Below are positions 23,001-34,299 of a DNA stretch of 64,000 nt, in pieces. The stretch covers positions 17,422,001 through 17,486,000 of the forward strand of contig CM060734.1 of assembly GCA_030704615.1 (NCBI GenBank), in the 5' to 3' direction. Under the pieces are notes generated by a model, which was not told the DNA's origin, did no database searches, and saw only the letters and a program-made list of their open reading frames with translations. This DNA is from Takakia lepidozioides (taxonomy: Eukaryota; Plantae; Bryophyta). How positions within the stretch are numbered: position 1 is the first letter of the stretch; each line of letters begins with the position of its first letter. Position numbers and translations under genes: made by a program.

Positions 23001-23511
23001 GGAAATGGAAGTACCTGCCGCCATCGCGCATTAAAAAAACAAAGCGCGCGCAGACCGTGCTGCTCGAGCACTCAGCCGCCATGATCGCCCTCCACCAGAG
23101 AAAACAAGCACGAGTTACATCCTCGGTGGTAAAGTTCAAGACAATAAATCATCCAGTTAGGGAGTGTACCTGGCATAGTTTTCATCCGGAATGGATGAAA
23201 TCCAAAACATATTCCATTAGGGATTAGAAAGAAGGTATTTCCAAACCAGATAGGCTTAGGAAAAAAATTGTTAATCCCAAACATATGATTGGAGAGAGGG
23301 AGAGAGGGGGCACCCACCATCCAACCCCTGGTATGGCTTCTCGTTGATGGACGCAAAGAAGGGTTCGAAGTATTATCCGTGCAAGCATCTGTATTACATT
23401 TACCTGAAGAGGTTGAAGATGAACGTGACTATTGATGATTTTATTCATGCACCGGCGTTGAGCGTGAACGAGCTGCACAAACTCCTCCTTAGGGATTCCA
23501 GAAATCATTGA
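20096..23511 (+). pseudogene. MULE transposase of element A (5' truncated, frameshifted, SWIM interrupted)
   Basis: Same GCM-like, MFD/MAD/CGFH/TNMAES motifs as B; intron 21642-21727 at the same position; SWIM split into CNC (~22958-22966) and YYPCKHLYY (~23371-23397). Confidence 0.9.
22968..23337. other. About 370-bp insertion in the SWIM coding sequence, partly homologous to the host repeat
   Basis: 23215-23337 resembles 29160-29278 (CCATTAGGGATTA...GGAGAGAGGGAGAGAG...CATCCAACCCCTGGTATGGC); no TSD seen. Confidence 0.7.
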
Positions 23512-23668
23512 TGGGGCAAAGGGAATCCTCCATATGGATATTTTCAATTGCATTTTCATGTATCAGATTTTTTTTTACAGTGTAATGAAATGCACCCCAA
23601 AACTCCTGGAATGAGGCAATATTCCATTCAAACTGAGATCCAATAGAAGCAGTTGTGGGGCCATTTCT

Positions 23669-24065
23669 GGAAAAATGGCACCGAATTTCTCTATTTTGGG
23701 CCGAAAACTGGCTAAGTCCCAACATGCACTGGTACCCCTGTGTCTGGAAAAATGGCGCCGAATTTCTCTATTTTGGGCCGAAAACTGGCTAAGTCCGAAT
23801 ATGCTCGGGAACGATGTCTGGAAAAATGGCGCCGAATTTCCAGTTACATGGCCCAGAACTGCCCAACATCTGTGCAATCCCCGGCACCATGTACCGAAAT
23901 TCGGCGCCACATTTCCAAATTTTGGGCTTACACACTTGTCATGAGGGGACCTATAGCCGCGGAATTCAGCACCATTTTTCGCCAGAGAGACCTATTACCG
24001 TGAAATACGTCGCGATTCTTTCCGGTTACGGACCCTATTACCGCGAAATTCGGCGCCATTTTTGC
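23669..24065. repeat. Subterminal array of A-type quasi-palindromes
   Basis: Copies near 23669, 23746, 23820, 23895, 23960, 24044. Confidence 0.88.
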
Positions 24066-24296
24066 ACATGTCGTTGGGAATTGGCATGAGCGGAAGACGA
24101 AATATCATGAGCACAACTCTCAAAACTACAATTTCCCCTTTAAGGTGCCGAATAATATATTTGTTTTTTCTTACACATTCCATTAAATTAATATTTTATA
24201 ATGTTTTTTATTTTCGAAATTTGTACTTCTGCTCATGAAAACCGATTGTCTTGCTACTCCGCTCATGCCGCTCATGCTCATGAAATAGCTAACCTC

Positions 24297-24541
24297 TCCA
24301 TAAGGGATGACTTCTGTCGGTTTCCAAAATATCGTCCGGTATGGATGACATCCGTCATGGATGAATAATTGAGCCAGTCATCAGGTTTTACGTAGTTATG
24401 CGAAAAATACTCGGCTGTCCATTAGTCATCCATCCAAAAAAAATTCTTAAGGTTTCCATCTATTATGGATGAAACCCTACTAGATCCATTAGGGATTATA
24501 AAAATTCCACACTAGGTATAGTACTGGAAAAAATGTTAAAA
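24297..24541. repeat. Right TSD of A plus continuation of host repeat copy 1
   Basis: Matches 28971-29214. Confidence 0.92.
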
Positions 24542-25699
24542 ACCTGAAAGCTCAGTTTGAGACTCAGTTTTATTGAGGGGCATGAATGATCTACAGGCTG
24601 GCTTACAATGAGACTGCAATAAAGGGTATACAGATCTGGTTATGCTATGTCAAATCCGTCATATGTTTTCATGACCCTTTGGCTTTATTTTTTACCTTGG
24701 CAATACTTTGAAAGTTCTTGTGATGCATTGAAAATGACATGCTAGGGTTCTGGAACACTATATCCAGACCTGTGAAATGTTTACGGGGTAGTAAACAGTG
24801 CTTGTTATACTGTTGTAGCTTAAAAATTGCTGAGCAGCACATTCGAAGAGCTTGAAATCAGACATTCTATTAATGCTCCTTTAAGCATTTACAGACTGGT
24901 TTTGAGTCTGGTTTCTTAAACATGCCTTAGTTATGTTATGGCCTTGGTATTGCTATGTTGTGATACATTGTCTAGCTCCAGACTTAAACCAGGTCATGGG
25001 GCTGTAAGCAGGGCCACTTCATTTGTTCTGGCTTAGATCTCCAAACTTGAAATTGCATAACTATTTAAGCCTCAACTTTAAAGGGCAGAATCTATGATGA
25101 TGGATCTTAGAGTGCAGATATTCTCATGTAAATGCATGATGTTAATCTGGTTTTTGTCCATGCTACTAAGTTCTGGAAAACCGAATCTAGGCTTAAGAAG
25201 GTCTATAACATACAAAACTGATATGTTCAAAATGACTCTTTGCTCAAAAAGACACTTGATACAAGTTCATATGGGTAAGGCATTGAAAAAATTCTTACTT
25301 CAATTGTTTGAGACTCAAGGGCATGAATCTATGGTGACGGATTTCTTAGACACCTACCTTGTTTGCAAGCTCTTAACACAGGTGTATGTCTAGTGGTTAT
25401 GTCATGCCTACAAGGTATGTAACTGATGCTGGAAACTATTTCATAACTGCTCATGGCATAGGACTGTTTTCTTATGAAATGAAGACTTTGGAATGAAGAC
25501 TTTCTCAGGCAGCCCTCTCATATCCAACTGAGCTGCTGCAAATGGTATAAAGCAAGGGGGTTGATGGTCTCTTTGAATGATGAATGGTCTTTTAAAAAAA
25601 ACCCCACCCTCCCACCCTGAGATTTCATGTACTCTGAAATCTACAATTCAATCATTTGAGGAGATGTGCATGGAAGGAGGTGTTAGATGGTGCCCTGTG

Positions 25700-26175
25700 G
25701 CTATTAAAGCCTCACCACCACCAAGTAACGTTAAGGGTCTAAGGCGGTTCCTTGGACAAACTACTTATTATAGAAGGTTTGTCAAACGGTATGCACAGAT
25801 GGCAGCTCCATTGAGCAAGCTTTTGAAGAAGGATGCAGTATTTACATGGACAGTTGAATGTCAACAGGCTTTTGAGGAACTTACATTGTCAGTAACAACT
25901 ACACCTGTGCTGATTAACCCTCACTGGCATGTAGTATTTCGTGTACACTGTGATGCCTCAGGAGAAGCATTGGGAGTTGTGTTAGCCCAAAACATCACAG
26001 GAAACATAGATTCACCTGTGTACTATGCTAGCAGGTTGTTGAACAGTGCTGAAATGAACCATAGCACCACTGAAAGAGAAGCATTGGCAATGATTTATGC
26101 AGTCAAGAAATTCAGGCATTACCTATTGGGAAAGAAGTTTATGTTTTATGTGGATCATCGGGCTTTGATTTATCT
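25700..26175 (+). pseudogene. Ty3/gypsy pol fragment (RT thumb/connection and RNase H)
   Basis: LRRFLGQTTYYRRFV, VHCDASGEALGVVLAQ, YYASRLL, HSTTEREALA, FYVDHRAL. Confidence 0.92.
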
Positions 26176-27012
26176 GGTTGATGATGTCTATAATTAACAA
26201 CGACCCTACTAGTCTTGTCTGTGTCTTGACATGACATTAATATCTTCCCTCTCTTCCTTTGACCAATGTACTTACGTGGTGTTTACCCCTCTCCTTTCTT
26301 GTTCCGTCTTTCTCATGTTGATGTACTTACATTTCTTTGGCTTTGACAGAAGGGTAGCAAATACACTCCGATTTGGAGTGATGAACTCAAAGCCAAGGGA
26401 GTTCCAGCAAGTGCACTCCAGATTGGAGTTATGGGCTCAAAGCCATGGGATACCAGTAAGGTATAATCTTGTCCAGCAAGAATTTGTTGGTGATTTGAGC
26501 TTGGTGAGAAAGGCATCATAAGCAGTGTGTTTCTAAGGTAGACCTGAGAGCTGATATTGCGAGCTAGGCCCTTGTCAGACAGCATAATCGAGTATATGTG
26601 TACACCTTCTACATGATCCGGTCAATGTACATTACTCTGTTTAGCTTGTCTCTTATAGCCGATGCCTCATGTCACTCTTAGATAACTTCCGGCTCTTAAG
26701 CTTTTATGCTTCTCTTGTATGTGGCCTCACTCCTTGTAGCACCACTAAAAATTGCCCAGAGTGTAATATGTGGCTGGAATAGACCGGTGAATCAGTATTA
26801 ATATGGTGATCTCACTGGCTTCTCCCATTCTGTATTTTTCCGGCAACGTTGATACGGCTTGGAAAGAATGTTATGTACTGATTCATACCCTTGGAAAATT
26901 AATTCTGAAACCAGTAAGCTGACTCACATCAGTATAAGGCTCCTCGCGAACACGGATCCTTCCCCGGTTAAATGTGCCTGATAGGGTGAAATGATGTGCA
27001 GCAATTTGCTGC

Positions 27013-27531
27013 CTTTGGCTGGAGAACACTTATAATTCCTATGCTCATGCCTGTCCACTTATGTGAAGGCTATGTTGACAAACTAAAAGCCATGCCTGTC
27101 CAACTTTGTGAAGGTTATGTTGACAACATAAAAGGTAACCTGGAAACACCTGTGAAGATCCCTTCAACCCTCAAGCTGCCCAAATGTACCCATATCCTGG
27201 ATACAGATGAAAACCAACTCCCACACAAGGTTGTGTTGACAAGATAAAAGGTAACCTAGAAACTTTTTACTTTGTTTTGCACAGCATGTTTCGTGCAAAG
27301 CCATTGTTCATTCTTGGCATGGGAGGAGAGATTGTAGGCATTTTATCCTTCTGGTATTTCAAGACCAAGGATAAAAATACAATGTAGAGGGAGAGCTTTA
27401 CGTGAAGGGGTCTGGTATGCACTCCCTTACGGGGTGAGTGCATACCACACTCACTCCGTAAAGGACTGTCATACCAGGGGTTGGATGCCGGGAGCCCTCT
27501 CTCTCCCACTCTCTCCCCCTCTCTAGATACC
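27013..27531 (-). repeat. Inverted copy of 29225-29570
   Basis: 27226-27531 is a close reverse complement of 29225-29519; weaker match extends to 27013. Confidence 0.85.
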
Positions 27532-27670
27532 AGTTTCATTGAAGGAGACAATCAACACCCTTGATTTATGCCCTCATAGAAGGAAATGAGCCATAAACAC
27601 TAGTTGCAGGTGCATTGCTGCATTTTACTTACACGGATACACCTGTGTCATGCGGTTTCCAGCATAGATA

Positions 27671-29214
27671 CCTTCAGGTACAAATCTGGAAATGGTATTC
27701 CAGCACCCCATAAGAAACATTCAGAGCATATAGGTCACAATAAGGATATCCAGAATCACTTAACCTTTACCATATCATAACCCCAAGGGCTTGGGGGAAT
27801 GTAATCTGGTTTGACTCTCCATACAGCCAAGAAATAAAATAAATCCAAGCATTTTAATAAAGGCCTAGAGATGGCTTGATCCTCCATAAAGCCAGAGCCA
27901 TTTAATAGAGGTCCGATTTGCAATCGGGTTATGAACTCAGGCGCCGTTGATGGGGGTCTTAGAAAAATGTTCACCTCATCCATTTCCTAGTACATGTATC
28001 TCTGTTGTTAACAAGGCAGACCAGTTTGCTGCTTGTTCCTCCATAAAGCCACAACACTTTTCATAAAGGCCTGAAAATGGTGTACCAGGCTTTGTCAAAA
28101 AATTCTACCATGATCAATCTTGTAACCAGATAGCTTTATCACTGAAACCACGGGGCATTCACTAGAATGTTTGTAATCTATGAAGCATTGCATAAGACCT
28201 TCTTCATAAGCTAAACCATAACCAAAAGATGAGGTGAAAGTTTAAAGCGTATCCCCCATTGAAGCAATTTCTGAAGCGGCGGTGTGCAGCGACAGTAGAT
28301 CGCAGCCCACTCATCCATTATGCTCAGTCCACATCATCTGCAAGCTCTGTAAATCACATCAAGTGAAGTCCCTCACGTGCGCCCGTCCCAAAAACAAACA
28401 CAAAACATGTTTTGTGCGTTGGTGAGGATGTGCAAGGTGAGACGCAGGACTTCACAGTTGCTATCCATGTCATAGGTGAGCTACAAAGCAGGCAAAGAGA
28501 TCAATTGGACATGCATAAGCATAAACAGCCAAAAACTTTCAAAGTTAGTGGAACTAGTGGATTTTGCAGTATAACATCCAAGATCTGGCATATGACAAAG
28601 CAAAACACAGTAGCTTTGTTGCAGGGGAGAGAAAACAAGCCTCCACAGATCAGTTATGGCGCCGCTGCAGCATAAGTGCACAATGAAAGATATCTCCGGA
28701 AAGCATAGCAGCGGCTCGGCTGCCAGCATGTGGAGTGAAGACACCAGCAGGGGAACTCCTCATTCAGCCACACCTACGCCTCCCAAGGAGATCAACAACG
28801 CGGGATTGTGCGGCGATTCAAGCCGCCATCGCGCAGCTCCAGGAAAATCACAAGCCCAGGTGTCGGGCTGTTTAGGTTTAGAGAGGTGAACCAAAATCGT
28901 TTCCCCGCGATTTTTCATCCGGTCTGGATGGAAAATCGGCTTAGCTGATGGGTCATTTTGCAGTTTTTCATCCATAAGGGATGACTTCCGTCGGTTTCCA
29001 GAATATCTTCCGGTATGGATGACATCCGTCATGGATGAATAATTGAGTCAGTCATCAGGTTTTACGTAGTTATACGAAAAATACTCGGCTGTCCATTAGT
29101 CATCCATCCAAAAAAAATTCTTAAGGGTTCCATCCATTATGGATGAAACCCTACTAGATCCATTAGGGATTATAAAAAATCCACACTAGGTATAGTACTG
29201 GAAAAAATGTTAAA
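27671..29214. repeat. Host repeat copy 2 (uninterrupted; empty site for element A), possibly a long LTR
   Basis: High identity to 1-1308 plus 24297-24541; CATCC/GGATG-rich end; followed by ...AAACA GGTATCTGGAG, only weakly PBS-like. Confidence 0.85.
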
Positions 29215-29224
29215 ATCCCAAACA

Positions 29225-29570
29225 GGTATCTGGAGAGAGGGAGAGAGAGGGCTCCTGCCATCCAACCCCTGGTATGGCAGTCCTTTACGGAGGTAGTGTG
29301 GTATGCACTCACCCCGTAAGGGAGTGCATACTAGACCCGTTCACGTAAAGCTCTCCCTCTACATTGTATTTTTATCCTTGGTCTTGAAATACCAGAAGGA
29401 TAAAATGCCTACAATCTCTCCTCCCATGCCAAGAATGAACAATGGCTTGGCACGTAGCATACTGTGCAAAACAAAGTACAAAGTTTATAGGTTACCTTTT
29501 ATCTTGTCAACACAGCCTTCACAAAGACAGGCCTGTGTATAGGGATTATGAGTGTTCCTCAACCAAGGTG
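29225..29570 (+). repeat. Repeat with internal stem-loop, inverted partner of 27013-27531
   Basis: GTATGCACTC-N11-GAGTGCATAC enclosed by CTTTACG...CGTAAAG. Confidence 0.8.
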
Positions 29571-29989
29571 TAGATGCATATATTGGTACACTTTTCTTTT
29601 CGGATCGTTTTTAATCATAAGACAAGCGGTTTCAGCATTGTACTGCCAAAACAGGTTAGTTTGTTAGTTGTCTGGAAATCGTTGGTAAAGCACGTAGGAA
29701 ATTAGACAGTGTATGCGACGACCATGGAGTGGAACTCTGGCGTCAAGATGACCGTAGAAAGCCGCATCGACAGCAAATTAGGCTGCCAATTCGGTACCAG
29801 AAACGGCGAGTTAATCCTGTTCGAACAATACAGGACGACTGTTCCAATCCCAGATTGCGATCTCTCTTTTCTCCCGCCGGTCAAGTCCAGTAGGAACACA
29901 TGGCGAGGAGCTTGACAATTGGTGGAAGCGACATGTATAGCGATGAAATATCGCAACAAAACAATTGGCCGCATCGGAATGACAGCAGG

Positions 29990-32100
29990 TCAGGATGACT
30001 TCAAACGGCGAAGCGTGGACTTGTTAGTGGTGCGGGACAACTGGAGGGGCCCCTCATTAATCATCTTGGGTCTTTTAGGTACCCAAGGTGTAGTTATCAC
30101 TCTGTTGGTTTGCACTTCCGGTTCTTCTTCAGTACGAAGATCTTCCTCACTCAAATCTTCCGACTCCTCATCTGATCCTATTGCAGTGAATTCATCTTCA
30201 TCAGTTAAGACCTTGTGTACAGATGAGAGGAATGACACTGTCACACTATTGGGTTTGACCCCATAAGTGATGGTTCCCTTAGCCCAGTCTGTACATGCTT
30301 GAGCCTGAACCAACCATGGTCTGCCCAACAGTAATGCATACGAGTATCCATCTGACGGAAATTCAATGACTTGGAAGTCCATTGTGTATGAAAACCCCCG
30401 GATTGCATCTGAAGATTGGAAATTTGACCCAATGGCCTGATTCTTCGCTGATCTGCCAATCGGATAATCAATGGGGATTTACCAGTCATGTGTAAACCTA
30501 GTTTCTCCATTGTGGAGAGTGGCATGATGTTCACCGAGCTTCCACCATCTACCAAGCAATGTTGAATAAAACAGTCTACAATCTCCACTTCAATCTCTAT
30601 TGGTCCAGGGTCTATTCTTGCATTGACATGATGCAATACTGGGAAATTCTCTCGTCTTTTCCTGACCAATGAAGCCTTCAGGGCTTGTCTGACTGTAGGG
30701 GCAAGAGCAACAAGCTGAGCTACTGAAATGTTGGCCTCCACTTGGCGCAGGTCATGCATCAAGTTATAGGGCTCAAGTTCATCGGTAAATCTCATGGTTG
30801 TAGACTTCCTTTTCAGAATTTGAGGACGTTTTGCTGTAGTGTTAGCTATTTTGATTGCTGACACTTTTGGTCGCATCACTAGTGACGGCAACGGAGTGGA
30901 CACCTTACCTGGAGAGTCACTCCCTTCAAATACCACAGATTTTCCCTTCCTGATACTGGCTTCATTCTCATTGTGAAGAGTAGTAGCAATTTTTGTCACA
31001 TCATCCTTCACAACTTGAAAATCCATTAGTTCTTTGTCCGAAGATTCTTCTGGCGCTCGTACCAGCATCTCTCATTGTTGGCGAGTCATCACCACACATG
31101 TGTTCTCCTCACGTTCCTCCTCTTTTGGCATGCTTGACAGTTCGGCGTGTATCCAATTCACATTAGGTTGCGATGGTAACTTCTGCATGACTGGACCAGA
31201 GGAAGTCCATGCACCTTGTGGAAGAGGTTGTGTGGATATCAATGCTTGATTGGACCCTTGATTCCTCTCATCCTGAGATCGTTGCCATGGAAGTTGACTT
31301 TGCATTTCCGGCATCACAGGATTTGTAAATGACACCCTAGGCTGTTGACTGAATTGAGATTGCTTTGTGGGATTGGAATTTGATTTGTAATATTTGCGGA
31401 GCAAAGTAAATCCCGTGTTGGGGTGGTAAATTTGCCGGAGGCACCTGATTATATTGATCAGAAATGGCGCTCTTTGACCTCGTAGATTCTGATCAACTTG
31501 CCATTGAGTTGTAGGTTTTGGCCTCTCAGTACTTCTCATTCGACAACACTCCAAAGGATGACCTACTAGACCACAATGAAGACATGTGACATCTCTCCAA
31601 CAATCTTTTGTTTGACTGGACCGATCACACTTGACACACGGCGGATAACGGTTTCGTGGCCTATACCCCTGTCCTGGTGGAGGATTCTGGGATGGAGGAG
31701 GTCCCTTTCCGGATGGGGTTGGGACAATGTTGGGGGGATTGATACCTTGACCCTCGACAATTATAACACCATAATTGGACGCATTAGGACCATCTCAGCT
31801 AATGGAACCTGAGTATCCCTGTGATGGACATAAATGAAAACCTGCTGACCAATGGGACTAACTCTATCCCCCATGGACGCAACAGCTATCAACACAGATG
31901 TTAGTTGTTCCTCAAAATGCCCCATCCGATCATTGCTAGGGGATCCCGAATATGATTCAGCAGGAACTGATTGAAAGTGCATTGCTGGGGTTGAGGGGGT
32001 GGTGGTAGCCACCAAAGGGAATTGCAGATGTTCATCGTGGAGCAGGAACCATCCCTCCAGTCATGTCGGTCTGTAATAGGGCGGGGGAGGTGCCTCCGAA
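29990..32100 (-). pseudogene. Ty3/gypsy gag-protease fragment
   Basis: Aspartic protease LVDGGSSVNIM and LLLGRPWL; zinc-knuckle remnant CLHCGLVGHPLEC near 31545-31590; frameshifts. Confidence 0.85.
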
Positions 32101-32475
32101 ACTGCAAGCGTTTGGGTTAATCGCAAGTATGAAGGAAGCGCCATCTCTGGCATCTTCGCACATTGGCCGGTTATTTGGGTTTTCCCCAATCTTTTTTCAT
32201 CCAAATTTGGCTGTATTTTGTAGGATGATGAAACTTAATGTACAGAAAGCTTGGTTTACCATTTGTTTCTTTCATCTAAACGGAGAACTACATGAATAAT
32301 GGTGACATATTTTCATCCAGAGATAGTAATTTTACCATCATTTATTATAAATGATGGCAGTTATAAAACTTGAGCCTATACCCTAACCCTAAAAGAACCT
32401 TTTAGTTGGATGTCATCCATTGACAAAGTGCAGCTGTTCCTAAAATGGCTTTTTTCGTCCCGAGGATCCCTGCGC

Positions 32476-32975
32476 NNNNNNNNNNNNNNNNNNNNNNNNN
32501 NNNNNNNNNNNNNNNNNNNNNNNNNNNNNNNNNNNNNNNNNNNNNNNNNNNNNNNNNNNNNNNNNNNNNNNNNNNNNNNNNNNNNNNNNNNNNNNNNNNN
32601 NNNNNNNNNNNNNNNNNNNNNNNNNNNNNNNNNNNNNNNNNNNNNNNNNNNNNNNNNNNNNNNNNNNNNNNNNNNNNNNNNNNNNNNNNNNNNNNNNNNN
32701 NNNNNNNNNNNNNNNNNNNNNNNNNNNNNNNNNNNNNNNNNNNNNNNNNNNNNNNNNNNNNNNNNNNNNNNNNNNNNNNNNNNNNNNNNNNNNNNNNNNN
32801 NNNNNNNNNNNNNNNNNNNNNNNNNNNNNNNNNNNNNNNNNNNNNNNNNNNNNNNNNNNNNNNNNNNNNNNNNNNNNNNNNNNNNNNNNNNNNNNNNNNN
32901 NNNNNNNNNNNNNNNNNNNNNNNNNNNNNNNNNNNNNNNNNNNNNNNNNNNNNNNNNNNNNNNNNNNNNNNNNNN
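32476..32975. other. Assembly gap (500 N)
   Basis: Run of N. Confidence 1.
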
Positions 32976-33045
32976 TCCATACCACGTCCCTGCTGTGCAT
33001 ACCCTGCAAGCATCGTGTTCCATGACACCACATCTCGTTCAGCAT
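32976..33045 (-). pseudogene. Pentatricopeptide-repeat (PLS-type) motif fragment
   Basis: ERDVVSWNTMLAGYAQQGRG runs into the gap; upstream sequence is not PPR-like. Confidence 0.7.
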
Positions 33046-33609
33046 AGTGTTGGAAACTTCTTGTACACTCCCAGCTCCGCGTCAGGAATGAAATTCGATG
33101 GCAAGCCCAACCACAAGTAGCAAGGCAGATGGGTGATTTTGAGGTACTCGGCCAACTGCCTTCCGTTGTACATTGTGCAGTCAGGCCGCTCATTAGCCCA
33201 TTGTGTGACCATGGCTGGCATACACTTGATATGTTTTTTGGCGAGCAAATAAAAGTTTAGGTACCTGCAAAAGTGCACGAAAATATGACTCCAGATGGAC
33301 ATGCACACTATTGGCAAGTGCACACAAGTACTCAGACTCCTAACTATTAAACCCCCGTAAAGTAGTCATTACCGACTACAACTCCCAAAGATCCCACCTG
33401 TGCCCAATAGTCGCCACCGACTATGACCCCCAAAGATCCCACCCCCGTGTCATGGTCGGTGCCTACTATGACTGCCAAATACCCCTGCCCCGTCCGAGGG
33501 AATGGATGTAGAGAAATTACCATAACATGTGATGAAATTGTCAATTCAATCTATTTAAATTGTTAAAAAAAAGTATGACTTATGGAGTCACTTATGGAGT
33601 CACTTCACC

Positions 33610-33725
33610 CCCAAGGGCTACTGCCTTCCGCTAAGAAGGTGGACACCTTCATGACACACCAGACCATGGTTTGAACCCACAACCACATCCAACGTGGCAT
33701 GCGCCCATTACCACTGGGCTACATG
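33610..33725 (-). mobile_element. Possible tRNA-derived SINE / Pol III element
   Basis: A-box-like TAGCCCAGTGG (33711-33721) and B-box-like GGTTCAAACC (33668-33677) at tRNA-like spacing; no complete cloverleaf. Confidence 0.45.
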
Positions 33726-34299
33726 CTGGTTTCCTTTTAAATTGTTAATTTCATGTGTTCAAATTCACAATTTCATGTATTGAAATTGTTAAATTCAATG
33801 GTTCAAATTGGCGATTTCAACTGAGGAAATTACCAAAATGATCTATTGAAATTGTGAATTTCATGTGTTTGAATTGTCGATTTCAACTGACGGATTGCAA
33901 CTTCATGTGCTGAAATTTCATCAATTTCACCAATTTCATCAATTCAAATCGTCAATTTGGACATGGGGGCTGTGTTTGTGAAATTATCACTAAAGCTTGC
34001 AGAGCTATATGAGGGCCTGCTATACGTACAAGTAGTGGGCTTTGCATGCAGAGCCCCTCACAGAAAATTCGAAGGTGGAAGATGAATCACATTTATATAG
34101 CAGTGCAAGTGAAATTGCCCGATTGTTGGGAAATTGTACATGAAATATAGATCAATGGTGTGGAGTTCTGAAGATCCCGACAGTATAAGAAGCACCACAA
34201 GCAAGCCATAGAAGGTGGGAAGAGAAGGACGGTCCCAACATTGTTTCTTAAAATTTCAAGTCCAAACAAAGCGAGTTTAGAAAATTGCTAAGGCAGACC

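Larger units (their letters stand above)
1309..24296. mobile_element. Mutator-like DNA transposon, element A (about 7.8 kb without nested B; internally deleted)
   Basis: Ends GGGGGCTGCTATTTTATGAG ... CTCATGAAATAGCTAACCTC (imperfect TIR), ATGAGC/GCTCAT subterminal repeats, 9-bp TSD, empty site in window, MULE transposase inside. Confidence 0.93.

Noticed and set aside
32378-32395. Telomeric repeat (CCCTAACCCTAA)
   Set aside because: Only two units; common interstitial telo-box-like sequence.
32376-33193. Long ORFs spanning the gap
   Set aside because: Composed mostly of X from the N run.
33660-33725. Functional tRNA gene
   Set aside because: A/B boxes are present but I could not fold a convincing acceptor stem; kept only as a possible SINE.
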